Assembly (NCBI GenBank): GCA_052246995.1
Contig: JBQPWD010000003.1
Coordinates: forward strand, 128,001-192,000
Direction: 5' to 3'
Source of the DNA: Candidatus Bathyarchaeota archaeon
GTDB lineage: Archaea > Thermoproteota > Bathyarchaeia > Hecatellales > Hecatellaceae
DNA length: 64,000 nt
In this document: positions 29,945-38,957 of the stretch, piece after piece
Position numbering within the stretch: position 1 is the stretch's first letter
Layout: every line of letters starts with the position of its first letter
Notes under the pieces: generated by a model
Databases searched by the model: none
What the model was told of the DNA's origin: nothing
The model's input: only the letters and a program-made list of their open reading frames with translations
Translations under genes and position numbers: made by a program

Positions 29945-30667
29945 TTGATGATGGTTGTCTCTGGTAAGCTTAACGATTTTTTAAGGTTTAAAATGGCTAT
30001 TGAAGATTTTAGATACCTTCTAGATAGAGAGTATGATAGGGAAAGCGCATTAAAATTTATAGGTGACCATTATCAGCTTAACAAGCAGCTTAGACTCGTA
30101 CTTTACCGTTGTGTTTACGGTTTCAAAAAAGCCTTAGAACATAAAGAAAAAAAAGTTTGCAAACAAGATATTCATGAAAGAAGAATCGGTATTGATGGTT
30201 ATAACGTACTTATTACTGTTGAATCTCTTATTCAAGGTAAGCTGGTAATCTTTTGTGATGATTACTTCGTTAGAGATGTTTCAGCAGTACATGGAAAACA
30301 TAGGATAACTCCTGTAACTCTGGAAGCCTTAAAACTGATTGCTAAAACTCTTAAAAACCTTAAACCTGAAGATGCAGGATTGTTTTTTGATTCTCAGGTA
30401 AGCTATAGCGGAAGGCTTGCCTTGCTTGCGAGAAAAATATTTCTGGATGAAGGTTTAAAAGGAGAGTTTTTGGCTGTAAAACAGGCTGACAATCAAGTTC
30501 TGAATTATGGAGGTATAGCTGTTAGCAGTGATACTGTTATAATTGACAAAGCTGAAAAAATTTTTGATTTAAGTGAAGAGGTTGTAAGAATGTGGAAGCT
30601 TACTAAACTACTAAATTTAAAAAAGGCCTCGCATATTAGGGAAATTTATAAAATTTTGCATGTTTAA
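29945..30667 (+). CDS. DUF434 family protein (PIN-like)
   Basis: DFRYLLDREY, IDGYNVLITVE, SSDTVII. Confidence 0.8.
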   Translation: MMMVVSGKLNDFLRFKMAIEDFRYLLDREYDRESALKFIGDHYQLNKQLRLVLYRCVYGFKKALEHKEKKVCKQDIHERRIGIDGYNVLITVESLIQGKLVIFCDDYFVRDVSAVHGKHRITPVTLEALKLIAKTLKNLKPEDAGLFFDSQVSYSGRLALLARKIFLDEGLKGEFLAVKQADNQVLNYGGIAVSSDTVIIDKAEKIFDLSEEVVRMWKLTKLLNLKKASHIREIYKILHV

Positions 30668-31074
30668 ATATAGCTTGTAAGAGTTTTTGTCACAATTGTC
30701 TCCAAATCTTTACCTTCAGATAAAAGCTGGTTAAATGTTAACCTGTAATATTTACCAGTATTTTCAAGTTTTTCAGGTTCTATTAAACGCCATCCAATAC
30801 CCTTTTTCTTGAATTTCGCGGCAATAAAAGGTTTTGCGCCAAACTTTTCAGAGAATCTTACAAGCTGTTTAACAGATTCGATGGTAATGTAGATTACATT
30901 TTTTCTTGTAGATTTAACTTCAATAGCCAAGTATAGTCCTTTTCTACCCGCCACTATATCTGGCCTATCAAGTTTTGTTCCTGAACCTGAAGATGGTGCA
31001 CGTAAGACAGCAAAACCTAGTTTATCAAGTTTATGTACAAGTTCCCTTTCCTCGTTTACTCCTCTCCTTAACAT
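30664..31074 (-). CDS. hjc: Holliday junction resolvase
   Basis: ERELV, GFAVLRAPSSG, PDIVAG, IEVKST. Confidence 0.93.
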   Translation of the reverse strand: MLRRGVNEERELVHKLDKLGFAVLRAPSSGSGTKLDRPDIVAGRKGLYLAIEVKSTRKNVIYITIESVKQLVRFSEKFGAKPFIAAKFKKKGIGWRLIEPEKLENTGKYYRLTFNQLLSEGKDLETIVTKTLTSYI

Positions 31075-31085
31075 CTAATAACCAC

Positions 31086-31745
31086 TCAAAGTATAGAAGA
31101 AATTATCATTAGCTCTGGACCTGTTGTTAGGGAGCCAACTAAGGCTCCATAGCTGTTTATAACTATTCCGCTAGCAATAAAAGGCACACCATTATTTACT
31201 GTGCCTAAAACTACGGGTAAATCAAAAAATTTTGAGACAATTTCCTCCTCCTTTTTAGATGTTTTTGGGTGAAGAATAATGCCCTTGTTGGTTACTCTCG
31301 CAACAGAGCCAACATAAGGTGAACCTGCAATCACTCCAAAACAAGCTTCAACGTCAAGTACATCCTCAACAATCTTTAGTTCCTTCTTGGTTAGGATAGG
31401 TGAAACTATAGCTTTTTTATCATTAGCTAAAACAAGATTTCCAAACGAGGTTTTTGTGCTTAAAACCTTTTCAACATTAACTTTAAGTTTTCTTTTTAAA
31501 AGAGAAACTTCATCGTCATCCACATAATGGGGCAAAATTATTCCATTAGAGTTTGCTGAGGCTAAAGCACCAATAAGCTTAGAATAAGCTAAATCCATGA
31601 CAATGGATGGAGCGTTTAAAGTTTTCTCAATTTTAATAACTTTTCTTTCAGGTAAACCATTAGGTAAAATTATGAATTTATCAGTTGCAAGAGAGAAAAC
31701 TCCTATGTTTGGGCTACCGAGCATATTGAAACGTAGGATTGTCAA
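31086..31745 (-). CDS. eif6: Translation initiation factor 6
   Basis: GSPNIGVF, GNLVLAND, GTVNNG, TTGPEL. Confidence 0.93.
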   Translation of the reverse strand: MTILRFNMLGSPNIGVFSLATDKFIILPNGLPERKVIKIEKTLNAPSIVMDLAYSKLIGALASANSNGIILPHYVDDDEVSLLKRKLKVNVEKVLSTKTSFGNLVLANDKKAIVSPILTKKELKIVEDVLDVEACFGVIAGSPYVGSVARVTNKGIILHPKTSKKEEEIVSKFFDLPVVLGTVNNGVPFIASGIVINSYGALVGSLTTGPELMIISSIL

Positions 31746-31894
31746 ACTAACTTTTTCACCATGCTTCCCTTAAACTTATCAACCTTAAACATTTTTCCAT
31801 GTTTTCCATATTCCTGCATGTTATATAAGTGTTTACGTAAGGTTGAAAAAACTTAACATTAACTTTTAACCTCAAAAATTTAGGTGGGTTAAAG

Positions 31895-32818
31895 TTGAAT
31901 GAGAACTATTATGACCTGATAATCGTAGGAACAGGTCCAGCAGGTTTATCAGCTGCAATCTACTCAGCAAGAATGGGTTTAAAAACCCTTGTTCTAGGAG
32001 AAAGTTTAGGGTCGGCTGCTGAAGCGTTAATTATAGAAAATTACCCTGGTTTTAAAAGGATATCTGGTCTTGAGCTTGTTGAAAAGATGCATGAACAGGC
32101 GGAAGAGTTTGGCGCAATTATTCATTTACCTGAAACAGTTGTTAATCTAGATTTAAAAAATAAGATTAAGAAGGTTAAAACTGAGTCTAACGTGTACACA
32201 TGTAAAGCCGTTATTATTGCAACTGGCTGCACTCATAAGAAACTTGAAGTTCCTGGAGAAGAGAAGTTTATGGGTAAAGGTGTAAGTTATTGTGTAACAT
32301 GTGATGGACCTCTTTTTAAAGGTAAAAGAGTTGCTGTGGTTGGTGGAGGTAACGCTGCAACCGCAGCAGCCTTATATCTAAAGGATTTAACATCTAATGT
32401 TTTCCTTATACATAGAAGGGAAGAGCTTAGGGCTGATGAGATACTTAAGAGGAGAGTCGTAGCTGGTGGTATTACTCTGCTTTTTAACAGTGAAGTTAAA
32501 GCTATAATTGGTGGAAACTTTGTTGAAAAAATATTGGTTTTTAACAGAAAAACGGGAGAGGAGCGCCTTCTTGATGTTGATGGAGTTTTTATTTATATTG
32601 GTGAAGTGCCTCAAAGCAGCTTGGCCAGAAAAGCTGGGGTTTTAGTTGATGAAGAAGGGTTTATAATAGTGAACAGAAAACAGGAAACGAACATTGAAGG
32701 AGTTTATGCTGCAGGTGATGTAACAGGAAACGTTAGACAAATAGGAACTGCTGTGGGTGAGGGAATAACCGCAGCTGTAAATAGTTACTTATATATTAGG
32801 GGTGGATGGTATAAATAA
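31895..32818 (+). CDS. trxB: Thioredoxin reductase
   Basis: GTGPAG, GVSYCVTCDG, GGGN, HRR, AAGD. Confidence 0.93.
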   Translation: MNENYYDLIIVGTGPAGLSAAIYSARMGLKTLVLGESLGSAAEALIIENYPGFKRISGLELVEKMHEQAEEFGAIIHLPETVVNLDLKNKIKKVKTESNVYTCKAVIIATGCTHKKLEVPGEEKFMGKGVSYCVTCDGPLFKGKRVAVVGGGNAATAAALYLKDLTSNVFLIHRREELRADEILKRRVVAGGITLLFNSEVKAIIGGNFVEKILVFNRKTGEERLLDVDGVFIYIGEVPQSSLARKAGVLVDEEGFIIVNRKQETNIEGVYAAGDVTGNVRQIGTAVGEGITAAVNSYLYIRGGWYK

Positions 32819-32904
32819 GGGAAAAAGTTTAAAAGTTTATATTTACTTTTCTTCAGTCTACTTTTTTAGTCGGGATGGGGACGCTTAAACTTTTGCTTCT
32901 ACCA

Positions 32905-33099
32905 CTACTCTGTGACGGTTATTGCTTGAGTTGGGCATTGAACTTCACAGGCACGGCAAACAATGCAGGCGTCGTTGTTTACTACAACTGAAACTTTTTT
33001 TCCTCCTTTTTCCTGTATTTCGAATACTGCAACAGGACAAACCTCCGCGCAAACGCCATCCCCATTACACTTTTCATAATTAACCTCCACTTTAACCAT
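32905..33099 (-). CDS. Dicluster ferredoxin, first motif with Cys-to-Asp
   Basis: CNGDGVCAEVCP and CIVCRACEVQCP. Confidence 0.9.
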   Translation of the reverse strand: MVKVEVNYEKCNGDGVCAEVCPVAVFEIQEKGGKKVSVVVNNDACIVCRACEVQCPTQAITVTE

Positions 33100-33187
33100 T
33101 TCTTATCACACCCACAAGTTTTTTGTTCTTTTCACATGATCTCTAAAACTTAAAATGTAGATAAAGTTTTTTATTGGACATACTTAG

Positions 33188-33907
33188 CTATCTTCTGGAT
33201 AAAACATCAATTTTACCATCTTTTTTTCCGACATAGACAAGGTCTGTCATGTTTAAAAACAAGCCTGTTTCAACAACCCCAGGTATACTTTTTAATTTAA
33301 AATTGAAGGCCTCAGGGTTTTCAACAATTCCACAGTAAACATCAACAATAAAATTTCCATTATCAGTTATCGTAGGACCAACCTTACCAGGACTCTCCCT
33401 AACCTTAACATTAAAACTTTTCTTAAGTTCTTTAAGAATGATTGGAAGAGCAAATGGTAAAACCTCGACAGGAATTGGGCTTTTAAAGCCAAGATTGTCC
33501 ACAAGTTTTGTTTCATCTACAACGATAATGTATTTTTTAGATGCATACCCGATAATTTTTTCTCTTGTTAATGCTCCTCCTCCCCCTTTAACAAGGTTTA
33601 GATTTTTATCAACCTCATCGGCACCATCTATTGTTAACTCTAAACATGGGTATTCATCTAGTGTTACAATGTGAAGTCCTTCCTCTAAGGCTTTATAAAA
33701 AATCTGGTAGGATGATGGAACAACATAAACCTTTAACTCCTCTTCTTTACTCCTTTTCCCTAAAGCAGATACAACATACTCAACAGTTGTACCACTACCT
33801 AAACCAATAACCCAACCATCTTTAACATTTTTTACAGCAACCTCTGCAGCTCTTTTTTTTGCATCTTCACGCCAATTAGAAAAGTTTTTCATGAAGTTAA
33901 CCTTCAA
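33188..33907 (-). CDS. rpiA: Ribose-5-phosphate isomerase A
   Basis: GLGSGTT, DGADEVD, KGGGGALTREK, GVVETGLF. Confidence 0.96.
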   Translation of the reverse strand: MKVNFMKNFSNWREDAKKRAAEVAVKNVKDGWVIGLGSGTTVEYVVSALGKRSKEEELKVYVVPSSYQIFYKALEEGLHIVTLDEYPCLELTIDGADEVDKNLNLVKGGGGALTREKIIGYASKKYIIVVDETKLVDNLGFKSPIPVEVLPFALPIILKELKKSFNVKVRESPGKVGPTITDNGNFIVDVYCGIVENPEAFNFKLKSIPGVVETGLFLNMTDLVYVGKKDGKIDVLSRR

Positions 33908-34508
33908 GCTCTATTTGTTCAAGTTTTTCAAGTTCTTTTTGTAACTCCTCTTTTAATTTTTCCAATTCTTCATCGGCTTTACTCTTTCTTGGTTGAGGTT
34001 TTTCAGTTTGAATTGGGGTTTTAGCTTCTCTGGTTGTTGTAGTAGGTGTAGTTGTGGTTGTTGGTTTAGACAGAATTTTGTGTTCAATAAATTCTTTAGG
34101 TGTTAAGCCCAGCTTTTTTCTAACTTCCTCAATTTTGTTGTTAATCTCCATAAACTTTTCAGTAAACATTTTAACAAGCTCTACACGTGTTTCTTCAAGC
34201 TCATAAAGACTTACAATCCTCTGGTTATGTTCAATGGTATCATTAAGTTTTGAAATTTGGCCTTCATATTTTGCTAAAAGCTTTACTTTTTCCTCTTCAG
34301 TTATTCTTCCCTCGGCGGCGGCTTCGTAGATACGTGTTAAACTTTCACTTAAAATCTCTCTCTCAAGGTTTAAAATTTTAAGCTCGTTTTTAATTTTTTC
34401 GTATTCTTCGCGTGTAAGACTTTTTTCAACTTTTATACTTTCAGGTAAAACTGCTGGTTTAGGTGGTGGAGGATTTTCTTTTTTACGGAAAATAAAGCTT
34501 AGAAACAT
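33897..34508 (-). CDS. Hypothetical coiled-coil protein with Thr/Pro linker
   Basis: E/K heptads, PPPPKP and TTTTTPTTTT; overlaps the rpiA start. Confidence 0.7.
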   Translation of the reverse strand: MFLSFIFRKKENPPPPKPAVLPESIKVEKSLTREEYEKIKNELKILNLEREILSESLTRIYEAAAEGRITEEEKVKLLAKYEGQISKLNDTIEHNQRIVSLYELEETRVELVKMFTEKFMEINNKIEEVRKKLGLTPKEFIEHKILSKPTTTTTPTTTTREAKTPIQTEKPQPRKSKADEELEKLKEELQKELEKLEQIELEG

Positions 34509-34631
34509 TTATTAACACTTTAAGCTTAGGTTGGCGTTAGGTTATTAAGGGTATTAAAGTTTAAGCTGTATTTAAGTTCTCACCTACAACTAATGGAGTA
34601 AAGTTAAGGGCAACTCTAAACTTTTAGGAAA

Positions 34632-35120
34632 TTAGTCCTCCTTAAGAAGATCTTCATAAACGCCTTTGTCAACATCTTTTTGAAATTCTTTTGGATCTTT
34701 GCCCTCAATAGTTACCCCCATACTTACACATGTTCCAGCAACTTCCTTAACAGCAGCCTTTAAACTTTTAGCATAACTTTTACTCATCCTAATTTTAGCT
34801 ATTCTCTTTACCTGTTCAATAGTTAGATTTCCAATTTTTTCACTTTTAGGTTTTCCTGAACCCTTCTCCACTCCAAGCTCTTTAACAATCAGAGCAACTG
34901 TTGGGGGTGTTCCAACCTCAACCTCAAATTCTTTTGTGTCGATATCAACTACAACCTTTACTGGAATTTTAACACCTGCAAAATCCTTTGTTAACTCGTT
35001 AATCTTGTTAACAATAGCAACAACATTTACACCTAAAGGTCCTAGTGCAGGTCCTAGTGGTGGTCCTGCTGTTGCCTTTCCGCCACTAACTAAAGCTTCA
35101 ACAACTTTTTTCTCACCCAA
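34632..35120 (-). CDS. rpl11: 50S ribosomal protein L11
   Basis: GGKATAGPPLGPALG, GTCVSMG; TTG start at 35120 (MGEKKVVE) after GGTGA. Confidence 0.97.
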   Translation of the reverse strand: MGEKKVVEALVSGGKATAGPPLGPALGPLGVNVVAIVNKINELTKDFAGVKIPVKVVVDIDTKEFEVEVGTPPTVALIVKELGVEKGSGKPKSEKIGNLTIEQVKRIAKIRMSKSYAKSLKAAVKEVAGTCVSMGVTIEGKDPKEFQKDVDKGVYEDLLKED

Positions 35121-35133
35121 CTTTTTTCTCACC
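35102..35133. repeat. Perfect 16-bp tandem duplication at the spt5/rpl11 junction
   Basis: caacttttttctcacc at 35102-35117 and 35118-35133. Confidence 0.85.
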
Positions 35134-35670
35134 TTCACCTTTACTTACAAGTCTTACATGGTCTGCACGTATTGTTATTGGAAAGGTTATTGTTGCCTCT
35201 AAAAGTTCAAGAGTAACCTCATTTTTAGGTTTATCAATTCTCGTAACCTTGGCTCTCATACCTTTAAACGGTCCGCTTACAACTTCAACAACATCTTCAA
35301 GGTTAAGCTCTTCGATGGTTGGTTTAACAATTAAAAACTTCTCAACATCGGATATATTAACTATCCCCGGAAGTCTTTGTTTAACATGTTTTATTCCTGA
35401 GGCAACTTCATCCACAAAATGTGGCCCGGCGGCCTCAATAAAGATACATCCTTTTATTCTATCCATTGTTAATATAGCATAAATTGGAAGTTTTTGTGAT
35501 GAAGCCCTAACAAGTACAAGGTTTGCAACATTGTTTTCCTGTCCGCTTGTTGTTTTAACTACGTAAATCTGGCTTTTCTTAACTTGAACTTCTTTGGCAC
35601 TTTCTACTGTAGATTTTTCAACTTCTCCAATTTTTTCTTCTTCTGGTTTTATTTTTTCTTCCTCATTCAT
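35113..35670 (-). CDS. spt5: Transcription elongation factor Spt5
   Basis: TTSGQE NGN domain, VVSGPFKG KOW motif. Confidence 0.95.
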   Translation of the reverse strand: MNEEEKIKPEEEKIGEVEKSTVESAKEVQVKKSQIYVVKTTSGQENNVANLVLVRASSQKLPIYAILTMDRIKGCIFIEAAGPHFVDEVASGIKHVKQRLPGIVNISDVEKFLIVKPTIEELNLEDVVEVVSGPFKGMRAKVTRIDKPKNEVTLELLEATITFPITIRADHVRLVSKGEGEKKVG

Positions 35671-35673
35671 TTT

Positions 35674-35856
35674 TTACCATCCAATTAACCCTATTACTGA
35701 CGAGATAAGCCTAATTATGAAGCCTAAAACTCCTATTACAACAATACCTAAAAAACATATACGGAGTAGTAGGAAAAACTCTGATCTTCTGGGTTTTGTT
35801 GCAGACTTAAGGACTTTAATGCTTGAAGAGAATAATGATTTAAGCCTTGACAACAT
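35674..35856 (-). CDS. secE: Protein translocase SecE/Sec61-gamma
   Basis: ATKPRRSEF then TM GIVVIGVLGFII; ATG 35856 after GGAGG; upstream of spt5. Confidence 0.9.
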   Translation of the reverse strand: MLSRLKSLFSSSIKVLKSATKPRRSEFFLLLRICFLGIVVIGVLGFIIRLISSVIGLIGW

Positions 35857-35894
35857 AACCTCCCCGTCTGAAACCAATAATTCAAGGTGCACCT

Positions 35895-36665
35895 TTAAAG
35901 GTTTATGTTAAGGTTAAAAACTTCTACGGCATTTTTAACAGTTTTTTCCCCAACTTCAAAAAAACTCGCTTTCTTTATTTCAGCGATTTTTTCGATAACA
36001 ATTTTAACATTTTGAGGAACATTTCTTCTGTTATCCGGAGCAAGAAAGGGTGAATCAGTTTCGGTTAAAATTTTTTCTAGAGGTATATCCTTAACGGCTT
36101 TTTTAATATCTTTGCTTTTGATGATGTTTGGTGCTACTGAGATGTAGTATCCTTTTTTGGCTATTTCGTATGCAAGTTTACGTTTACCTGTAAAGCAGTG
36201 AAAAACTGCTTTTTCAACTTTGTTATCTAAAACAATCTTAAAACCATCTTCTAACGCATTTCTAAAATGAAGAATAACTGGTAAGTCTAAATCTTCAGCT
36301 AAACCTAAAAATTTTTTAAAAACATTTTTTGTTCTTATAACCTCATTTTGGCTTTTAATCCAATGGTAATCTAATCCCACCTCACCTATACCCACAATTT
36401 TTTCCTTATTTTTTCTGATAAAGTGGACGTAATCATCTATTTGAGTATCTGACAACTCTGAAACATGTATGGGATGAAGCCCTAAGCTTACATGTATAAA
36501 ATTCGGATATTTAGACTTTAAGTTTAAAGCTTTTTCAGCATCCTTAGGCTCAACTCCACTTATAATAACAGCTTTTAAAGCTTTTTCAGCATCCTTAATA
36601 ACATCATCTCTATCTCTATCATAGTCTTTAAATGTAAGGTGGCAATGAATATCGATCATCTTCAA
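35895..36665 (-). CDS. tatD: TatD family hydrolase
   Basis: DIHCHL, GLHP, GEVGLDY, HCF, ETDSPFL. Confidence 0.93.
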   Translation of the reverse strand: MKMIDIHCHLTFKDYDRDRDDVIKDAEKALKAVIISGVEPKDAEKALNLKSKYPNFIHVSLGLHPIHVSELSDTQIDDYVHFIRKNKEKIVGIGEVGLDYHWIKSQNEVIRTKNVFKKFLGLAEDLDLPVILHFRNALEDGFKIVLDNKVEKAVFHCFTGKRKLAYEIAKKGYYISVAPNIIKSKDIKKAVKDIPLEKILTETDSPFLAPDNRRNVPQNVKIVIEKIAEIKKASFFEVGEKTVKNAVEVFNLNINL

Positions 36666-36731
36666 TCTAAACCCAGTTTGAATGTGTTAAACTTTCTTTT
36701 TTGCTGGAAATGTAAGGTTAGACAAGGTTTC

Positions 36732-36825
36732 AAGGGGTGTCGCCTGGATAACTAACACTTAGTATCATTGTCGGGCTTTACGCCCACCTCCGCTAAGCTC
36801 TCTTGTACCAGGCATTTTACCCCTT
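36732..36825 (-). ncRNA. Putative H/ACA box guide RNA with K-turn
   Basis: Minus strand: lower stem UGCCUGG/CCAGGCG followed by ACA, two-sided pocket, upper stem GCUUAG/CUAAGU, K-turn-like CGGA/AAUGA, apical GGGC-GUAAA-GCCC, outer stem AAGGGGU/ACCCCUU. Confidence 0.7.
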
Positions 36826-36968
36826 TCTTGCTAAACTATTAATCTACAGCACTTCCTATTAAGGAATATTTAAGCCTAAGGAAAAAATTGGTTATTTTTA
36901 AAATAAAAGGTTAATTGATACCCTTACACTTTACTTAATTAATGTTGTAGGCTATGGGGGTATTTTAG

Positions 36969-38084
36969 GTGGATGTAGATTCAAGGTTGAGGCTTGTGGA
37001 AAGAAACTTGGAGGAGATTGTAACTAGGGAGGAGCTACGTATACTTTTAGAGTGTGAATCTAAGCCTAAAGCTTATTGGGGTTTTGAACCTTCTGGATAG
37101 CGGTTAAACCTTAATGGTTTACCGCCCAGAGTAATGCATATAGGTACTGGACTTGTTTGTGGTTATAAGATTTTAGATATGGTTGAAGCTGGGTTTGATT
37201 TTACTATTTTTCTTGCCGATTGGCATGCCTGGATAAATGATAAGTTCAACGGGGATATGGACGCCATTAGAGAATGTGGAAGATACTTTATCAAAGCATT
37301 CTCATCCATAGGTTTGACACCTGGAAAGGTTAAATATGTTTGGGCTTCAGAGCTTCTGGAAAATCCGGAATATTGGGATATGGTTTTAACTGTTGCAAAA
37401 AAGGTTAAGATTTCAAGGGTTCTTAGGGCCCTTCCTATTATGGGTAGAGATTTGAATCAAAAAGATGTTGAAACAGCATGGTTGTTTTATCCTTGCATGC
37501 AGGTTACGGATATTTTTAGACTGGATGTTGATTGTGCATGCGCAGGAATGGATCAGCGTAAGGCTCATATGCTTGCAAGGGATGTTGCAGAAAAGATTAA
37601 AAGAAAAAAACCTATTTGTCTTCACACCCACCTTTTAGCTGGGCTTTCTGGTCCAGCGGAAAAGCATGAAGAAGTGGTTTATGATGAAGATGAAACATTA
37701 AACGTTCAAATTGGAACAAAGATGTCTAAAAGTAAACCTCAAAACTGTATATTTATCCATGACAAACCTGAGGAAATTAGGAGGAAGATTCTAGCTGCTT
37801 ATTGTCCTTCAAGAGAGGTTTTTGGTAATCCTGTTATGGAGATTGCAAAATACATTATTTTTCCTAAGGAAGGAAAGCTAATTGTTGAAAGAGAGGAAAA
37901 GTATGGTGGTAAAATTGAGTTTACAAGTATTAGTGAGCTTGAAAGAGTGTACATGAATGGTAAACTTCATCCATTAGACTTAAAAAATAGCGTTGCTGAA
38001 GCGTTGATAAGGATACTTAACCCCGTAAGAAAGTATTTTGAGGGTAAGGAAGAGTTGATTGAAAAAATTAGAATGTTTCAATAG
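36969..38084 (+). CDS. tyrS: Tyrosyl-tRNA synthetase, two exons (36969-37098, 37132-38084), 360 aa spliced
   Basis: Exon 1 from GTG: MDVDSRLRLVERNLEEIVTREELRILLECESKPKAYWGFEPSG. Exon 2: MHIG, LADWHAWINDK, YPCMQVTD, GMDQRKAH, KMSKS, LHPLDLK. Confidence 0.93.
37099..37131 (+). other. 33-nt bulge-helix-bulge intron in tyrS mRNA
   Basis: UU-CUGG-[AU^A]-GCGG(U)UAAACC-UUAAU-GGUUUA-CCGC-CCAG-[AG^U]-AA. Excision removes the in-frame TAG and gives SG-L-MHIG. Confidence 0.88.
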
Positions 38085-38103
38085 TGATTTTACCACTTTT
38101 TAA

Positions 38104-38912
38104 CTAAGATTCGTCTAAACTCTTCTTAATCGCTTTTTTCTCAGGTTGAGGAACTGGAGAACTATATTCAACCATATAAGGTGTTGGATATCTTAATCCT
38201 CCATGACACGTATACTCTAAGCCTTCAATAATTTTTGGTAAAGCTTCAATGTGAAAAACTGCCGCAGTCTCATCATCACCAGCAAGTCCTTGATATCTTT
38301 CCCCGTAGCCTGGTAAGATAAGCTGGGCTTTTCTTGTTTTGTAACATTTAGACAATGCTCTACATCCTACAAGGCTTGTAAGTTTAGCTTCAATAAAAGG
38401 TGATTCTTCATCAGTATAAGCAATACCACTAATAAGCCTGTTTATTTGAGCTCCATCCCCATAAACAACAACTAAGTCAGGTTTGATGGTGGTTCTTTCA
38501 ATTGGTGAAATAACAATATTTGTAAAACTTCCAGGTGGAAGAGAATCCTCCTCAACAATGCTTACTAATTTTCTTGCAACCTCTTCAGACTTGAAGAACC
38601 TCCAGCCAACAAGAAATTCTTTTATAAGTATTTCTTTACTCTCGCTCCAAACATCCTTACCGTATTTTGCAAGTCCAAACACAACAACACCTAAACATGG
38701 TATATTTTGTTTGTCAATAACATATGTTCTTCCAGTTCTTCTTGAAAGTAGCATTGCTCTACAAAAAACAAAGCAAGCTGAAGGTTTGTAGGCTTTTTCC
38801 GGTATAGGTTCCCGCTTTTAACAAATTTTATAGCTAGGGGGAAGGTTTTTGGTCTGAGGTAAAAACTTAAACGTGAACCTAACTCCCTAATCTTTTCAAC
38901 TTCGCTTGACAT
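38104..38912 (-). pseudogene. DUF169 family protein, one frameshift
   Basis: PLAIKF N-terminus; adding one G at 38811-38813 gives KSGEPIPEKAYKPSACFVFCRAMLLSRR and joins both ORFs; PDLVVVYG..Q. Confidence 0.72.
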
Positions 38913-38957
38913 TTCTTACATCCTCCTCTAAAATTTATTTTTCTTATTTACTTTAGG

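Noticed and set aside
37098-37133. Amber readthrough (pyrrolysine) at the tyrS TAG, with the hairpin as a PYLIS-like signal
   Set aside because: It would add 11 residues directly before the HIGH motif. TAG is an ordinary stop for many genes here, no pyl genes are in the window, and BHB splicing explains the junction exactly.
37134-38084. TyrRS starting at ATG 37134 as in the ORF track
   Set aside because: It would lack the YxGFEPSG strand of the catalytic fold, which is present upstream in frame.
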